Below, piece by piece: positions 61,789 to 64,000 of a DNA stretch of 64,000 nucleotides. A model generated the notes under the pieces. That model saw only the letters and a list, made by a program, of their open reading frames with translations, was not told the DNA's origin and did not search any database. Each line of letters starts with the position of its first letter. Position 1 is the first letter of the stretch. The translations under genes and the position numbers were made by a program. The DNA is from Oikopleura dioica (lineage: Eukaryota; Animalia; Chordata): contig OU015568.1 in NCBI GenBank assembly GCA_907165135.1, forward strand, positions 10,478,001 through 10,542,000, read 5' to 3'.

Positions 61789-62681
61789 GAGTGGTCTCCG
61801 TTTGCCCAAGTCGCCGTTTGCCCAAGTCGCCGTCTGCCCAAGATCGCCGTTTGCCCAACTTGGGCAGAAGGAGACTTGGGCAAACGGCGATCTTGGGCAG
61901 ACGGCGATCAAATTGAAAATATAATCATAATTCAATTTAAAGAAATTAATTATGAAATCAAAATTAGCAGGATAGGATAGATTTTAAGTGGTAAAGTTAC
62001 ATCGCTTGTTTTACGTCCGAGGCCTACACATTGAGGAAACGATGGATACGCCGAGTCCTCACAAGCGCTAATCCCCAACTTGGTTGAATTGATGGTTTCC
62101 CATATTGCTGTTTCTTGTGATTCATTTTCGGTCCGTTCTATTTTTGGAATTGTTTCTGATTGAAACTGAGGGAAAACAGTAATTGTGAGAAGTGAGAAAA
62201 AGGGAAAAACTGATGAAACTCTTCCCAAAACCTCCGGGAGACGGACGGTGCCGGAACCAAATTGGTACTCGGTACCAAAGTCAAGCATATTTTCTGGCTC
62301 ATCAAAAAACTAATGTCCGCTCCGCTGCTGCAGTGTGAGGAAACTCTATTTATGGACCGAATATACCTAATGATCGACCGAATATACTTCAAGTATAATG
62401 AATGATTAACTCTTCCGGGAATAGTTTATTAGGACTTTTATTGAGAATTTAGCGACTTTCATAATTAAACCATCCATTACGAAGGCTCTACGAGCGCAAC
62501 CAGCAGACTAAGTGATGATAATGAAATTGTCGCCTTACTTCTATCATTTTATGATCAATCAATTAAAAAAAAAATCACATCGCCGTTTGCCTAAGATCTC
62601 CGTCTGCCCAAGTTGGGCAAACGGCGACTTGGGCAGACGGCGACTTGGGCAAACGGCGACTTGGGCAAACGGAGACCACTC
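61789..62681. mobile_element. Mutator-like (MULE/foldback) non-autonomous element (893 bp) nested in the hAT right arm
   Basis: 9-bp TSD AAGAAAAAC (61780-61788, 62682-62690). TIRs of about 100-120 bp start GAGTGGTCTCCG and are built from 16-17-bp units CCGTTTGCCCAAGTCG. Confidence 0.9.
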
Positions 62682-64000
62682 AAGAAAAACTGATTGAAAT
62701 GTCAATTATTGCAGTTTCAAATTCATTTCAAAACTCCGCACGAAGCTTTATCTTTTGAAAACGCTTTTTTTTTCATTTTCAATAGATTTCAGCCATTGCA
62801 TCGACTTTTTCCTGCTATTTCAATTGAAATTTCAAATTTTGAAACGATGAAATAAATGATTCGACAGTTTTGAAAAACTGGTTTGATATCAAAATATCCA
62901 CCCCTGGTCAGGCAGCATCTGTGGCGCTCGTCAGAGTCGTAAGTTTCCATGCAGAGAGGGCAGTCGTCGCCGGACAAGTTGAGATTTCTTTCTCGTTCGA
63001 GGAGAGTGTTTCTTTCTTTTTCGAATTTCAATTGATTTTGAAAATCATTTTGAATAACGGCCATGGACTCATTATTCTGTAAAACCTTTGAAGGGATAGT
63101 AAAATATTTATTTTTTTAAATAAACTTATTGTTCCTTATCCCTGACTGTTCCAATTCACTTGACTTTCGATCCACTGCTTTATTCAAATTTTGCACCTCT
63201 GCTTTCAATTTCGAATTTTCTTGCTTCAGTTTTTCTACGGTTTTTGAGACACCAGTTACATTCTTTTTCAGCTCGATATTTTTTATTTCTAATCCATCTC
63301 GTTCTCTCTTCAGTTTCTCGTTTTCAGAGGAAATTTCCGCAAATGCAGCAGTTTTTCTTGAGATTCCTTTATTGAGATTGGTCACTTCTTTCTTCAAGCG
63401 TTCAGTCACGCTCTTTTCCATTTCAAAAAGGTGTTTATGCATCCCATTGTCGCAAAATAACCCATTTTTCAGTGTATAATTTGTTTCCTCTAATACTACG
63501 ATTTTGTCTTCGAGCTCGGCGATCTTGATTATCTTCTTTGCATTTTGCTCCTCGTGTTTTTCGTTTAATCGTCGAATAAACTCGTTTGAGGAGTCAATTC
63601 GGGCATTGTAAGATAGTTGCATTTCCTCAAGTTGTTTTCGCAAGCTCTGATTTTCCATTTCCATCTGTTTCTGAGTAAATTCCATCTAAAAACTGCTCGA
63701 CTCTTTAATAAAAAAGCCATGTTTACCATCATCAGTTGCATCTCCGTTTCCTTTCTTGTTGCGCATCTTATGTACGAGTTTTTAGCAACAAGAAGTTCTG
63801 GCGTCTCTTCATAGCCTTCGGGATATGTAATGTCCAGAATTTTTTTCTCGACGGGTCCCTTTTCTGTTTTGCTGAGAATGTCCACATAATAAGTTGGCAC
63901 AACTGGTTCAACTTTCCCTTTTATTTTTAAGAAATTGAAATTGAAAAGCTGCTTGTCGGAGTCATAAAAATGTTTTACGTTTACGAAAGCAATGAAAGCA

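Larger units (their letters stand above)
59005..62906. mobile_element. Composite non-autonomous hAT element (3902 bp) carrying nested insertions
   Basis: 25-bp perfect TIR CAGGGGTGGATATTTTGATATCAAA. 8-bp TSD GTCAGGCA (58997-59004, 62907-62914). TTTCAA-rich arms. No transposase ORF. Confidence 0.92.
58870..63965 (-). pseudogene. Coiled-coil + C-terminal RING finger gene disrupted by a 3.9-kb insertion
   Basis: Removing 59005-62906 and one TSD copy joins CPLCMETYDSDERHRCCLT|VCGHQ. With one further 1-nt correction this continues CLQCFEKMLRKNSAANLKCPMC...KLF* (stop 58870-58872). Upstream exons are ORFs 63116-63685 and 63565-63900. The start at 63965 via a GC-AG intron is tentative. Confidence 0.75.

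Noticed and set aside
61789-62681. CRISPR-like array of 16-bp repeats
   Set aside because: The units are contiguous with no unique spacers, form the TIRs of an element with a 9-bp TSD, and the genome is eukaryotic with no cas genes.
59005-62906. Autonomous transposon
   Set aside because: No ORF longer than about 110 aa and no DDE transposase motifs within the element.

Overview
Eukaryotic, very compact animal genome: dense genes, 35-45 nt introns, some non-GT donors, and co-oriented genes 35-300 nt apart with TTT(C/T)AG-like acceptors just before the ATG. This best fits a larvacean tunicate such as Oikopleura (inference from style; no search was run). About 27 protein genes can be built by hand. 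Minus strand: SDR/RDH then CI-MPR/IGF2R. Plus strand: LYST, ATG10, ENGase. Then FGF-like, an orphan, GADD45GIP1, FoxI and OXCT1. Next is a 12-gene minus-strand run (EXD2, LRRC51, Haspin, HYPK, orphan, RING, coiled-coil, UBE2G2, Dpy-30-motif gene, EDEM2, NAA38, ubiquilin), followed by two orphans and a RING gene split by a 3.9 kb nested hAT element. A complete SRP (7SL) RNA gene lies inside a ubiquilin intron. There are at least seven non-autonomous TIR elements; end and TSD signatures point to piggyBac-, Kolobok-, hAT- and Mutator-like families. No transposase ORF is present. The most interesting signal is an apparent transposon-to-intron continuum: an exactly spliceable 92-nt intron flanked by an 11-bp direct repeat (SDR); a hAT MITE in an ENGase coding exon whose terminal AG could serve as an acceptor; and a large exonic insertion with no such rescue (RING). 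Also notable are a 15-repeat CI-MPR with its FN2 module in repeat 4 rather than 13, and an inverted heptapeptide-coding repeat inside the nested element. Several frameshifts sit in A/T homopolymers and are most likely long-read errors. All gene models and alignments were made by eye; exon boundaries are approximate unless stated.
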